From the IMG/VR virus record IMGVR_UViG_3300028048_000065, positions 32,001-96,000 of that record: 64,000 nucleotides of DNA; one strand, given 5' to 3'. This DNA is from a virus. Taxonomy: Duplodnaviria; Caudoviricetes. The notes beneath the pieces were generated by a model, which worked only from the letters and a program-made list of their open reading frames with translations, searched no databases and was not told where the DNA came from. Both the position numbers and the translations under genes were made by a program. Shown piece by piece: positions 18,370 to 28,140 of the stretch. Every line of letters starts with the position of its first letter. Within the stretch, counting starts at the first letter, position 1.

Positions 18370-19171
18370 TTTCTGTCCCCAAATCATGTAAAAGACTTTG
18401 TTTAATAAAATCAAATTCTACTTGATGCAAAATATCTTCTACTTCTTTATCTACCTTTTTAGTCTGTTCCCACTCTACTAAAGTATCATCCACTAACTTT
18501 TTTGTCGTATTAAGAGTTTCTTCTGCAATCTTGGAAACTTCTTCGAGAGGGAAACCTATGCGCTTATATTCGATAAGCTTTTCTCGGTCTTCTGCAATTA
18601 AAATAGATTCATATTTCTCGCCTGAAATATATCTCCTAATAAATTGTGCCAGTCTCATTAAATGATGATAATCTTTTAAAGCGTACCCATACTGTTCAAT
18701 TTCGGCTGCGCTATGTGGCATGGACTTATACATATTTTTATACTTTGTTAGCATATTACCATACATTGCTTTGATAGCTCTGCATTCGTCATAATGAGCA
18801 ATTTTTTCTCGATTCTTAACAATTGCTCCAAGCCATTCTCCCGTATAATCAGGATTTAAATAATAATATTTTGTAAAAAGAGTCTCAAGAAAATTGACGT
18901 TCTGTTTTTTATAACAATCAAACATATTACGAATGTCTTTAACTTCCGTATGTGAATCGTCAGCGTTAATAATTGTATCTGTTACCCATTGTTTAGAACG
19001 AACAATATCTACAAAATGAGGAAGCACAATTGCCTTCGTATCGAGGTCACTACTGGAATCATCTAATCCATAATTGTTTGAGCCCGACACAAACACCCCA
19101 ACAACTTCAAAACCCTTTTCAGTTAATGTGTTAAAATCTGTTTCAAGTCTTTCTTCAATTCGTGTATTAAT
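18362..19171 (-). CDS. Pol-beta-superfamily nucleotidyltransferase; probable ATT start
   Basis: GSNNYGLDDSSSDLD motif; GGAGG RBS followed by ATT at 19171. Confidence 0.75.
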   Translation of the reverse strand: MNTRIEERLETDFNTLTEKGFEVVGVFVSGSNNYGLDDSSSDLDTKAIVLPHFVDIVRSKQWVTDTIINADDSHTEVKDIRNMFDCYKKQNVNFLETLFTKYYYLNPDYTGEWLGAIVKNREKIAHYDECRAIKAMYGNMLTKYKNMYKSMPHSAAEIEQYGYALKDYHHLMRLAQFIRRYISGEKYESILIAEDREKLIEYKRIGFPLEEVSKIAEETLNTTKKLVDDTLVEWEQTKKVDKEVEDILHQVEFDFIKQSLLHDLGTENG

Positions 19172-19205
19172 AAATCAGGACCTCCGTTTTTATATTCTTA
19201 CTGAG

Positions 19206-19234
19206 ATTATACCATGTCTTATCTCTTTTGTCAA
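19206..19234 (-). promoter_or_regulatory. sigma-A promoter
   Basis: TTGACA-N17-TATAAT, extended TG. Confidence 0.8.
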
Positions 19235-19303
19235 GAAAAATTTATAAAACAAAAAAGAATAAAAAAGGAGGAACACAATATATTATTGCGTTCCTCCTTA
19301 AAA

Positions 19304-19510
19304 TCAAACTTCAACTTTTTTGTATTTTCCGCAGTTACATTCCCCTGCAAAATTTTGTTCTCGGAAAGATTTGCAAATACAAACCATATCATCAGTTTGT
19401 GTTAAGCCACATGGACAATATTGCTTTCCATATTTAGCTCTCATTTCAGCTAATTGTCTATTAGTTTCCTCTACTAAATCAGCATCATCATTTAAAACAA
19501 TTTTTAACAT
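19304..19510 (-). CDS. Ferredoxin:thioredoxin reductase catalytic-subunit-like protein
   Basis: YCPC...CICK...CNCG pattern. Confidence 0.7.
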   Translation of the reverse strand: MLKIVLNDDADLVEETNRQLAEMRAKYGKQYCPCGLTQTDDMVCICKSFREQNFAGECNCGKYKKVEV

Positions 19511-20007
19511 TAGGAAATCCTTTCTGCGTATTGGTTATCTGAAGCTAAAGTAATTTGAAGAACCTCATCAAAACGAGATGGAGTATTAGGTTTATATCGT
19601 CCATACTTTAAGATTACATTAGGATATTGTTTTAATTGCTCAATTTCTTTTTCTATTTCTTCTTTATAATATCCAGTATAAATTACAAAGTCATCATAAC
19701 AGTTATTTTCTCTGAAATATTTTAAAAGAGATAAAATCTCATTAAATTGCATGAAGGGTTCAAGTCCTCCTATGACAATTGCCTTTGTAATTTCATTCTC
19801 AATATAAGCCTTGTAAACAGAAGAAATTAAAAATTCTTTCGTGGGTTGTCTTACAATAGGTTCATTCTGACATACAGAAATGGGAATATTTGCCTCATGA
19901 CAACATTTCCAATCGCATTGACAAGTGATTAGGAAGATAGAGGGCTTCGCATAATTTACAAAGTCCTCCATAATTACACCTTTAAGATGAATAATATTTT
20001 CATTCAT
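19510..20007 (-). CDS. nrdG: Anaerobic RNR activase-like radical SAM protein
   Basis: CDWKC Cys cluster, GGLEP, YTGY, K.GRY, LASDNQ; next to nrdD. Confidence 0.75.
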   Translation of the reverse strand: MNENIIHLKGVIMEDFVNYAKPSIFLITCQCDWKCCHEANIPISVCQNEPIVRQPTKEFLISSVYKAYIENEITKAIVIGGLEPFMQFNEILSLLKYFRENNCYDDFVIYTGYYKEEIEKEIEQLKQYPNVILKYGRYKPNTPSRFDEVLQITLASDNQYAERIS

Positions 20008-20768
20008 GGATAAATCACCTCAAAATTTAAATTGTTTTTCTTAGCGCATTCTCTTTTTCTCACATCTAAATCTGTCCAAACATAAATAGCAGTCTAATAA
20101 AATTTAGAGGTTTTAGCCTTTTCTTTCCACTTATTTAATTTTTCTTGGCAATCTTTTTCTTCTGGATTAAAAGGTTTTTTACCATGCGTCCAATGTCCTT
20201 GAAACTCTATAAATTTATCTTCTGAAACAATATAAAAATCACAAGCATACGGGTATCTTTCGTCTAAATCATAATTGCGTTTTACATCGTCTCTCCGATA
20301 TTTTTCACATAACTGGTTATACATTTCATCTTCTGGCTTTGAACTGTTAAAAGTCTAATTTTTTCTTCTTGTTTCCCAAGCTTTTGCAATCGACTATTCC
20401 CAATATTCAGGAGGGGCTTCAGCCCTATGTTTCTTTGCTGACTCAGACATTTTATGAGAATACTCTTCTTTTTCCTCTTCTGTCCACTACTCTCTTGTAT
20501 AAAGCCTTTTTTGTGTTTTTGCTTCTTTTTCTTCTTCTGTTAATTCAGAATGATATTTTTTTAAAGTTCTTGAAATTTTAATTCCTGTTGTTTTATGATA
20601 CGATTCACGAGATACATTTGCCCAACGTTTTTTGTTTCCTTCTGAATTCTTTTTGTTTTGTTCATCTTGATTATACCACCGACGATGCCACCCCTGTTCT
20701 AACCACAGGGGCAGTTCGTCTTCTTGGACAAATTTATTAATTACACCATTGTTAATTTTACGTTTCAT
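20004..20768 (-). mobile_element. Free-standing endonuclease (Vsr/PD-(D/E)XK-like homing endonuclease), 4 TAGs
   Basis: Joins ORFs 20487-20801 and 20094-20324 via TAG; SKPE, CDFY, IEFQGHWTH; ATGA overlaps at both ends. Confidence 0.7.
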
Positions 20769-22684
20769 TGGTTTAAATTCATCCAATCGCGCATTTCCCA
20801 TTCTTTTTTGCGCTCTTTAGTATAAGATTTAACAGGAGTAAAAAATCCTACAATACGACTATATTCAGTTTCTTTAGGACAGCCACATTCGGGACATACC
20901 TCTCCATAGAAAGCATGATTGTGCTTGCAAGCAGAAATTTTTCCAGTAAAAGCAAAATATTTAACTCCTTGTTTAGCCACATACTTAAGCATATTCCATG
21001 CCTTATCAAAACTATCAAAAGGAGCATCTACATTAATGTGCAAAATATCTCCACCAGAACAATATTCACTAAAAGCAGAAGCAATTTTTACACGCTCTTG
21101 AATAGAGGTTTTAATACCCAAACCTATCCATTGATTCGCAAGCAAAGGCAAATCTTTGTTTACTTTGTCAGGATAGAGCATTGCATCTGCCTGAGAAAAT
21201 TTAACTGCCGCAGATTCCCGTGGAATTGCTTCAAGATTAATTTTATAATCTTTATCCTTTTCAAATTCGGATTTAATGGAATGGATGGTCTCAAAAATTT
21301 TCTTGCCAAAATCATAAGCCTCTTGCTTATAAATAACATTACCAAATTCATCTGTGTCAGTATATCCAAAAGTGGCCATTGTTTCATAAATTCCCATAAT
21401 GCCAATACTGGAATAACTATGGTCAAAATCTACCAGCCCATGAGAAAAATTGGGAAGCAACCCCTTCTCCACATTGCGTCTAATAATTCCACGCTGACAA
21501 TCAAGCACTTTTAAATCAAGACTAAGGATTTTACGAAGTCCCTTCAGATAATCTTTTTCATTATCATACATATAACTTAAGCGAGCAAGATTAACAGTGG
21601 AAACCTTAATTGACCCAACTTTAAGTGCAGCTCCACCAATACTATTAAAATAGCCAAGTTCTGAAACATCATTCCTCAAACGACAACAAGAACTTAAACT
21701 TGTAACATTAGAATCTACAAACCAATTAGAATCATTCCATTCTCTGTTTTGTTCGCAAGCGAATTTAGCAAATTCTTCATCAACAAATTCTCCGTCAGGA
21801 GTGGTTAATAAACTAATAGTGCTTACAGGATAAGTCATCATATTTGAATGACGAATTTTACTCATCATTTTAAGAAAACGTTTTTGGAATTCAATAATTT
21901 CTTCTTCAGCATCTATCATAAAAGTTCCATCAGGGAATTCACCCCCACCAAAAATGGCTTCAAAATAAGGATGGTCAAAGAAATTTACGTTAGTGAACGC
22001 AGACTGAATCCCACCTCTCAGGTATGGCTGGTTAAGAGAGTAAATTAGCCTTTGAATTTGCTGGTCAGCGTAGGTGTTTGGGTCTTTTAAATAATAACCA
22101 TCTTTACAATCCTTATCCCAAAAATACCACATATAGGGAATAAGATTCGGATAAGCTACGGCTCCAGAAGTTCTATTACAAGCATAACTACAATGCTCTT
22201 TTACCATATCAATAAAACTTTCAAGATGCTTTGGGGGTTCTGCATTAAAATTATCAATAAAGAACAACCCTTTTTCAGCCACATCTTTTAAATCATAAGC
22301 AAAACAATAAGAAGTGAAAGTTGAAGAATGCGCATCATGTAAATAGAGAGATTTATTCCATTCGGCTTCAAGCCAGTCATTAGCTGCGCGATAGCCATAT
22401 TTCTTTTTAACTTCATAGTAAAGCTTATTGTAGGCAAGGAGCTTTTGATGAGGCTTGCTCATTTCGTTAATAAGTGATACAATATCTTTGTGGCCAACAT
22501 TGGCATTGGGGTCAACTGAGGCATTAGCTACATTGTCACTATCAACAAAATTATCAATAAAATCAGTAAAACTTAATTTACCTTCATCTAACCCCTATAG
22601 CTTTAAAAAATCTTCTCCATATTTTTCTACGAGTCTGTTAAACTGCCTCTCAAAATCTTTGTTAAGTTTAATGTTAATATTCAT
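20765..22684 (-). CDS. nrdD: Class III (anaerobic) ribonucleotide reductase, 639 aa (TAG at codon 30)
   Basis: SCCRL finger loop, CPECG, RIVGF glycyl-radical motif; ATG 22684 with AGGAG RBS. Confidence 0.9.
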
Positions 22685-22706
22685 AAAACTTAAAACTCCT
22701 TCCCCT

Positions 22707-22910
22707 TTAATTATTATTAATCCATTGATTTGCCTTTTCAAAAGTTAAAATTTCTCCGCCAACTTCCAAAAGTGGCACAGAAGAAAATCCCTTTTCAAGA
22801 AAAGCATTAACATCAAAATCAGTTTTTAACTCAAATTCAATATTCTTCTGAGTTAATTTCTTTTCCAAAACTTTACATCTTGGACACCCTGTAGAATAAA
22901 GTGTTACCAT
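22707..22910 (-). CDS. Glutaredoxin/NrdH-like protein
   Basis: CPRC, SVP motif. Confidence 0.8.
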   Translation of the reverse strand: MVTLYSTGCPRCKVLEKKLTQKNIEFELKTDFDVNAFLEKGFSSVPLLEVGGEILTFEKANQWINNN

Positions 22911-22917
22911 ATATTCT

Positions 22918-23463
22918 TTAAAACTCCTTTACGTCCATTTGTCCTTTTGTAATTCTAACTAATCTATTAAATAACTTCATAGTTGCATAAATATCTGCGT
23001 CAGCAGTATGCGCATTTTCAAGATTAATACCAAAATATTCACAAAGAGTTCCTAACTTATGATTCGGCACTTCGGGCTTTGGAATATACTTCCTTGCTAT
23101 AGGTAAAGTATCTACATAATACCCATGAAGTTCAGGCAGGTTATAACGTTTAAATTCTGCCTTAATACTGCCAATATCGTAGGGTAAGTTATGCCGTATA
23201 AGTATAGCATTCTCAAAATATGGAGCAATCTTAGGCCACTCTTCCTCAAAAGTTGGCCAATCTTTTACCATCTCATCTGTAAATCCATTTACCTTAGATG
23301 CGCCCTCTGAAATGTGATATTTTGGATTGCATTTGATTATATCTCTTTTAACAATTTTATTGTTTTCACATAAGATATAGCCCAAACTTATAATATAAGG
23401 GGGTTTAATCCCTACTGTTTCCGTATCATAAAAAAGTAATTTATTATAATTGGGAGTAGCCAT
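22918..23463 (-). CDS. DEDDh 3'-5' exonuclease (DnaQ-like)
   Basis: DTETVG, (CGG)HN..YD, DTL, AH.A.AD. Confidence 0.88.
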   Translation of the reverse strand: MATPNYNKLLFYDTETVGIKPPYIISLGYILCENNKIVKRDIIKCNPKYHISEGASKVNGFTDEMVKDWPTFEEEWPKIAPYFENAILIRHNLPYDIGSIKAEFKRYNLPELHGYYVDTLPIARKYIPKPEVPNHKLGTLCEYFGINLENAHTADADIYATMKLFNRLVRITKGQMDVKEF

Positions 23464-23669
23464 TACTGGTCCTCCCTATTATTCTAATCTTCACTCTCTT
23501 CAAAAACGAAGCTCATCTCACCCTTACAAACAGGACAAATCATGTGAGCATCCTTGAAAAAAACTGCTCCATCTTCCTCATATCGAGGAGTTTCAAAATC
23601 AGGCAAATTCTCAGCGAGGTCAACACCTACACGAGTGCCACACTTGTCACACTTAAAATTAAAAGTCAT
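23463..23669 (-). CDS. Small Zn-ribbon protein (TAG readthrough to TAA)
   Basis: CDKC/CPVC; reading through TAG 23484 ends at a TAATG overlap with the next start. Confidence 0.6.
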
Positions 23670-23717
23670 TTATTTTTACCTCAAAATAAAAACTGAATTT
23701 TATTATCGTCTATACGA

Positions 23718-24206
23718 TTAGAATTTGCCAGAATCTCCAAAGCCCTCTGCTCCACGAGAAGTCTCATCAAGATTGTCAGTCTCTTCAAACTCTGTCAGGA
23801 TTACTGGTGCAAGCATAAACTGTGCAATTCGCTGCCCATGCTCAATAATCTGAGTCTCCGAAGAATCGTTATGGAGAGCTACAATGATTTCGCCACGGTA
23901 GTTTGAATCAATACATCCTACGGCGTTAGCAGGACGCAATCCCTGTTTCGTTGCAATACCACTGCGAGCATAAATAGCACCCCAATAACCATTAGGAATT
24001 GCCATTGCTAAACCTGTTCCAACCTTTACAGTGGTATGAGGAAGAATCTTCAAACCATTACGCCCTTCTGTGCTACCCCAAGGAATAAAAGTATCATTGG
24101 GAATGTCAGCATACAGGTCAAAAGCAGCGTCCTCTGCATGAGCCTTTGTCGGAATCTTTGCTGTCTCGGTCAACTTCTTAATCTTTACATTAACCATTGT
24201 AATCAC
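23718..24206 (-). CDS. dut: Trimeric dUTPase
   Basis: AAFDL, RSG, G.IDSNYRGE, RIAQ, RG.EGFG.SG. Confidence 0.93.
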   Translation of the reverse strand: MITMVNVKIKKLTETAKIPTKAHAEDAAFDLYADIPNDTFIPWGSTEGRNGLKILPHTTVKVGTGLAMAIPNGYWGAIYARSGIATKQGLRPANAVGCIDSNYRGEIIVALHNDSSETQIIEHGQRIAQFMLAPVILTEFEETDNLDETSRGAEGFGDSGKF

Positions 24207-25576
24207 TCTTCTTTCTTTAAATTGTTTTGTCTTTCTTTTGCTTGTCTAATAGCCTTTTCATGCTGATTCTTTAGTTTAAGAATCTCTGCGTGACGATAAG
24301 GAAAACCACGACGAATAAGATATTGAGTCTCTTTCTCATTTACCATGTTCCTTACATCACTTGCAATACACTTAGGCACATTTTCACTAATCCATACCAT
24401 CTTAAGCTTATTAATATAATTTTCAGGATAATTTTTAAGCTGGTCTTTAAGCTCTTCCATCATCTGATAATACCAATTCATAGCCGCAGTAGTACGAGTA
24501 TTAATATAATTTACAGTCTCAAGATAAAAACCCTTTACAATATCTTTGAAAGCATCGGGGACTTTAGAATAGAAATCATCATACTTGTCATAAGCCAGCG
24601 CTTCAATTACTGCATTAGGAGACACTTGCTTACTAATCACACGATGCATTAAAACGTAATCGTTTACTTTCACTTTCACGCGAAAATCATTATCGTTCTC
24701 ATCTCGCATACGGATAACCCAGCCCTCTTTTTCATTAGAAGAAAAGTTATCAACCTGAGCAAGAAGCGAATCCAGATTTTCAGAATCGTAATACTCTACC
24801 ATCTTACTATCATAAAGAGTAGCAATACTACGAACAGTATCAAAATCCATCTCAGTTCCATCAACACAAGAACGAGCAGAAATTAGATACATTCCCTCTT
24901 GTTCCTTAGTATAATGAACAACAATAGCATTTTTAGTAGAAATGAACTCAAAAATAAAAGTATAATCAGGATAATCCTTAATCATTTGCTTTTGAGAATC
25001 AGTCAAAAGACCAAATCCCTCTTTTAGTCTCCAAGATTCATTCAGACTAATAGCCTGAGAACCCGACCCAAAAATTGTTCCAGAACCATCAGAATTAGTA
25101 ATATATCGGAATTGCTGATAACTACCGTCCATTTTATTGGTAATCCAAATTTTTTGAGCAGAAGTATACTTTTCTCGAATAGCCTTTTCAGACCAATCAA
25201 AAGCATCTTCCCCCATATTCTTGAATTTATTTAGAGAACAAAGTACAAGTTCTTCTTTCTTTACATCAAAGACACAAGAACGACACTCTCGATAAAGTCC
25301 ATCATATAGATAGAAAAAGGTTTCCTCAGAATATCCCATATCACTAAGGTCAATAAAACCCTTGTAATGGAAAAGCACATATTCATTATCAATGGTCATA
25401 TCAAGAGGCTCAAATACATCAAGCAAATCCAAAAGACTTACAATATAAGCTTTTTCTGATTGTTCAGAAAGGTATTCAAGCCAATGCTTAAAATTCCAAT
25501 CTTGAATAGGATTGTGATTATAAGCATATAGAGCTTTTACTTCTTTAATATATCCAAGCAGAGGATGCTTCCACAT
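24203..25576 (-). CDS. T4 Rnl1-like RNA ligase
   Basis: ECRS, KF.N, KMDGS, FEF, EGWV, KVK..Y. Confidence 0.8.
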   Translation of the reverse strand: MWKHPLLGYIKEVKALYAYNHNPIQDWNFKHWLEYLSEQSEKAYIVSLLDLLDVFEPLDMTIDNEYVLFHYKGFIDLSDMGYSEETFFYLYDGLYRECRSCVFDVKKEELVLCSLNKFKNMGEDAFDWSEKAIREKYTSAQKIWITNKMDGSYQQFRYITNSDGSGTIFGSGSQAISLNESWRLKEGFGLLTDSQKQMIKDYPDYTFIFEFISTKNAIVVHYTKEQEGMYLISARSCVDGTEMDFDTVRSIATLYDSKMVEYYDSENLDSLLAQVDNFSSNEKEGWVIRMRDENDNDFRVKVKVNDYVLMHRVISKQVSPNAVIEALAYDKYDDFYSKVPDAFKDIVKGFYLETVNYINTRTTAAMNWYYQMMEELKDQLKNYPENYINKLKMVWISENVPKCIASDVRNMVNEKETQYLIRRGFPYRHAEILKLKNQHEKAIRQAKERQNNLKKEE

Positions 25577-26532
25577 TACTGTGTACCACTTGCAATCCTA
25601 TCACATTTATTAAATAAGAAAAGATTATCAAGCTTTTCCTTTCCCATAATTTTCTCCCACTTTTTCTGAGCCTTTTCGGTCTCAATAAAGAAGGGCAACA
25701 TATGAAAGTTTACATAGAATAAGCACTCAAGACACTTATCATAATCTTCGAAACCAACCCATGCAAGAAGATGCATTAACTCATAACAACCCTTATTATG
25801 GTGGCTATAATAGCGACATTCACCACTACCATCAGGTTTTTCTTCCTGCGTCAACATCTTCCCATAATCATGGATTTCTGCTGCGCGAATAAGGATTTCA
25901 TTATCGGTTCGTTTTGCGACTTCTTCTGCACACTTTTGACAATGCACATCAAGAGTATACTTATGATGAGAATTGCACTGGTCAAATCCTCTCATAAAAT
26001 CTTGAATAACATCTTTATCAACTATTGTTCTTATTAATTCATCTTTAGCATAACTAAAATATCCGCTATTCCAATCAATTAAATTAATTTCATCAAACCC
26101 TTCTTCATAAAAAGGAATCTCAAATTTTCCAATCTGCTTATCAATAACATACTCAGGGACTTTTCGCTCACGCTTACGATTAAGCATCTTGCATACAGGT
26201 TCAGGAGTAGTCATAACCATAGCAATTTTACGCACATCTGAATTTTTACGAACAAGGTCAAGTAGAGGAATACGAGACTTTACATTAATACTGGTAGCAT
26301 CTACAATGACATTCATTTTCCCAATACAGTTGTTAATTCTACGACGAACTTCCTTAAAGACTTCATCATTATGAGTCTGGTCATTAATATCACCATACAA
26401 ATCAACGCGAATCTGGTCAGAGGAAACAATAATAGTTTTCTGTCCATTTCGTTCGTATACATTTTTAATGTTGTTTGCAAAAGTGGATTTACCACTTGCG
26501 ACAGGTCCAACCATAATTACAAGATTAGTCAT
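25576..26532 (-). CDS. Polynucleotide kinase (P-loop) fused to HD phosphohydrolase
   Basis: GPVASGKST, SSD.IR, DAT, R.R; HH...H...HDYGK. Confidence 0.82.
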   Translation of the reverse strand: MTNLVIMVGPVASGKSTFANNIKNVYERNGQKTIIVSSDQIRVDLYGDINDQTHNDEVFKEVRRRINNCIGKMNVIVDATSINVKSRIPLLDLVRKNSDVRKIAMVMTTPEPVCKMLNRKRERKVPEYVIDKQIGKFEIPFYEEGFDEINLIDWNSGYFSYAKDELIRTIVDKDVIQDFMRGFDQCNSHHKYTLDVHCQKCAEEVAKRTDNEILIRAAEIHDYGKMLTQEEKPDGSGECRYYSHHNKGCYELMHLLAWVGFEDYDKCLECLFYVNFHMLPFFIETEKAQKKWEKIMGKEKLDNLFLFNKCDRIASGTQ

Positions 26533-26534
26533 TG

Positions 26535-26879
26535 TTAATCCTCCACTCTAAACGCATTAATTCCACCCATAGCTAAAGCCTTAAGAATTTCCTCTCGCTC
26601 TTCTCTTGTAGCAAAACGTTCAGCAATTAATTCCTTTTCATTTTCTGGGTCTACCGATACTTTCCAAACTTCATCAGTATCAAACATCACCATTAAAGGT
26701 TTATTACCATCTACAGGCACAACATAAATTTTATCATCAAAAGATAATGTCGCAACTTTTTCGCAATCAGGATTTAGCCTTTTTACTTCTTCGCTTAAAA
26801 GTTGCAGACAATCATCTGCTAATTTTTGTTCTTCTGAGGGGACAAAAACATATTTATCCCCAACAACAGTTTTTTCCAT
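26535..26879 (-). CDS. Hypothetical protein
   Basis: TAATG coupling. Confidence 0.55.
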   Translation of the reverse strand: MEKTVVGDKYVFVPSEEQKLADDCLQLLSEEVKRLNPDCEKVATLSFDDKIYVVPVDGNKPLMVMFDTDEVWKVSVDPENEKELIAERFATREEREEILKALAMGGINAFRVED

Positions 26880-27334
26880 TACTCAATACCTTTTAAAACT
26901 TCATTGACATGAGCCAAAAATGCTTCATTCTGAAGTTCAGTCTCAGTCTTAGGACGAGTCTGGTTGGGTTCAGGAATGAGGTCAATAGCATAGAACAACC
27001 ACTTCACAGGAGTGGTATCCTCTACAAACTGGCAAAGACCACTCAACCCATCATTCTTCTCAGCTTCCTTTTTGCGAATATCATCAAATTCTACTGTAAA
27101 AACAGTATCTTTATTAGCTTCTACAAAATCTCTATATTCCTGACGAAGAATTTTCCAATCCTTATAATGAGTGATTCGGTTATAGTTCAACTTAACCTTT
27201 TCACCTTCCCAAACATCTCTGCTAAAATGATGTTCGGTAAAATCCATGCGTTCAACAATAGTCTCAGCGGATTCTCTCTTGAGACCTTTCTTTTGAAGAT
27301 TCTTTACAGTTTGTCTACGTTGTTCACGATTCAT
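26879..27334 (-). CDS. Hypothetical phage protein
   Basis: MNREQRR start, AAGGA RBS. Confidence 0.6.
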   Translation of the reverse strand: MNREQRRQTVKNLQKKGLKRESAETIVERMDFTEHHFSRDVWEGEKVKLNYNRITHYKDWKILRQEYRDFVEANKDTVFTVEFDDIRKKEAEKNDGLSGLCQFVEDTTPVKWLFYAIDLIPEPNQTRPKTETELQNEAFLAHVNEVLKGIE

Positions 27335-27346
27335 AATAATTATTCC

Positions 27347-27754
27347 TTAATTTTTAAAAATTTCTGTTATTGTATTCCTATATGTTTTCATTTCGGTAGA
27401 AGAATCAAGTACATCTCCTATTTCATCACTTGGCTCTACAAATTTTCTAATAAGCTCAAGCAGTTCTCCGAAACTATCTGCATAGAGATAAAATGTTTCT
27501 CCATCATAAAATGGATTTACATAATAATGGCGCTTAGTCTCTTCATCATACCAATAACGACAGCCAGACCAAGTAAAAGTAAATGCATCAATACGATAAG
27601 CCGAAGGACATTTAATAATTTCTCCTCCCTCAAGCTCACACCAAAAGTCAAGGTTTTTATCTATATAATAGGAAAATTTCTCAGATTTTCCCATATGAAA
27701 ACTTTCATTGAAACCAACTTCTTTAAAAGTAGCTGGGATATTCGACTTATTCAT
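27347..27754 (-). CDS. Hypothetical protein
   Basis: Start MNKSN after GAGG. Confidence 0.55.
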   Translation of the reverse strand: MNKSNIPATFKEVGFNESFHMGKSEKFSYYIDKNLDFWCELEGGEIIKCPSAYRIDAFTFTWSGCRYWYDEETKRHYYVNPFYDGETFYLYADSFGELLELIRKFVEPSDEIGDVLDSSTEMKTYRNTITEIFKN

Positions 27755-28046
27755 ACTTTCCCTCATAATATTTCTTTTCAATCATCTGCATAATACAGCC
27801 TTTATAACATCCTCGATGGAATGTTCTTATATAGCCTTTATGCCAAATCCATTTCCACCAAGGTAGTTTTCCTTTACAATGAAAATCATGCTCTCCATCT
27901 TCATCAAGCCACATCCAATGAGGGCAAGGAACTTCATTTAGGAAAATAGGAAGATACATTACTTTGACTTTAGGATTTTTAATTTTAGCCTTAACCATTT
28001 CAATGAAACAGTTAGAATAAAAATATTTATTAGAATTAGAAGACAT
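27747..28046 (-). CDS. Hypothetical protein
   Basis: SNCFIE...PHWMW; AGGTG RBS. Confidence 0.55.
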   Translation of the reverse strand: MSSNSNKYFYSNCFIEMVKAKIKNPKVKVMYLPIFLNEVPCPHWMWLDEDGEHDFHCKGKLPWWKWIWHKGYIRTFHRGCYKGCIMQMIEKKYYEGKYE

Positions 28047-28093
28047 ATAAAAGCCACCTTTTATCCTATCTTACTTTTTATCTTAGTGTCTGT

Positions 28094-28122
28094 ATTCTAA
28101 CACAAAAGCTCTTGATTGTCAA
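28094..28122 (-). promoter_or_regulatory. sigma-A promoter overlapping a terminator-like hairpin
   Basis: TTGACA-N17-TAGAAT; inverted repeat AAAAGCTCTTGA/TCAAGAGCTTTT at 28104-28130. Confidence 0.7.
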
Positions 28123-28140
28123 GAGCTTTTTGCGTTTTTA

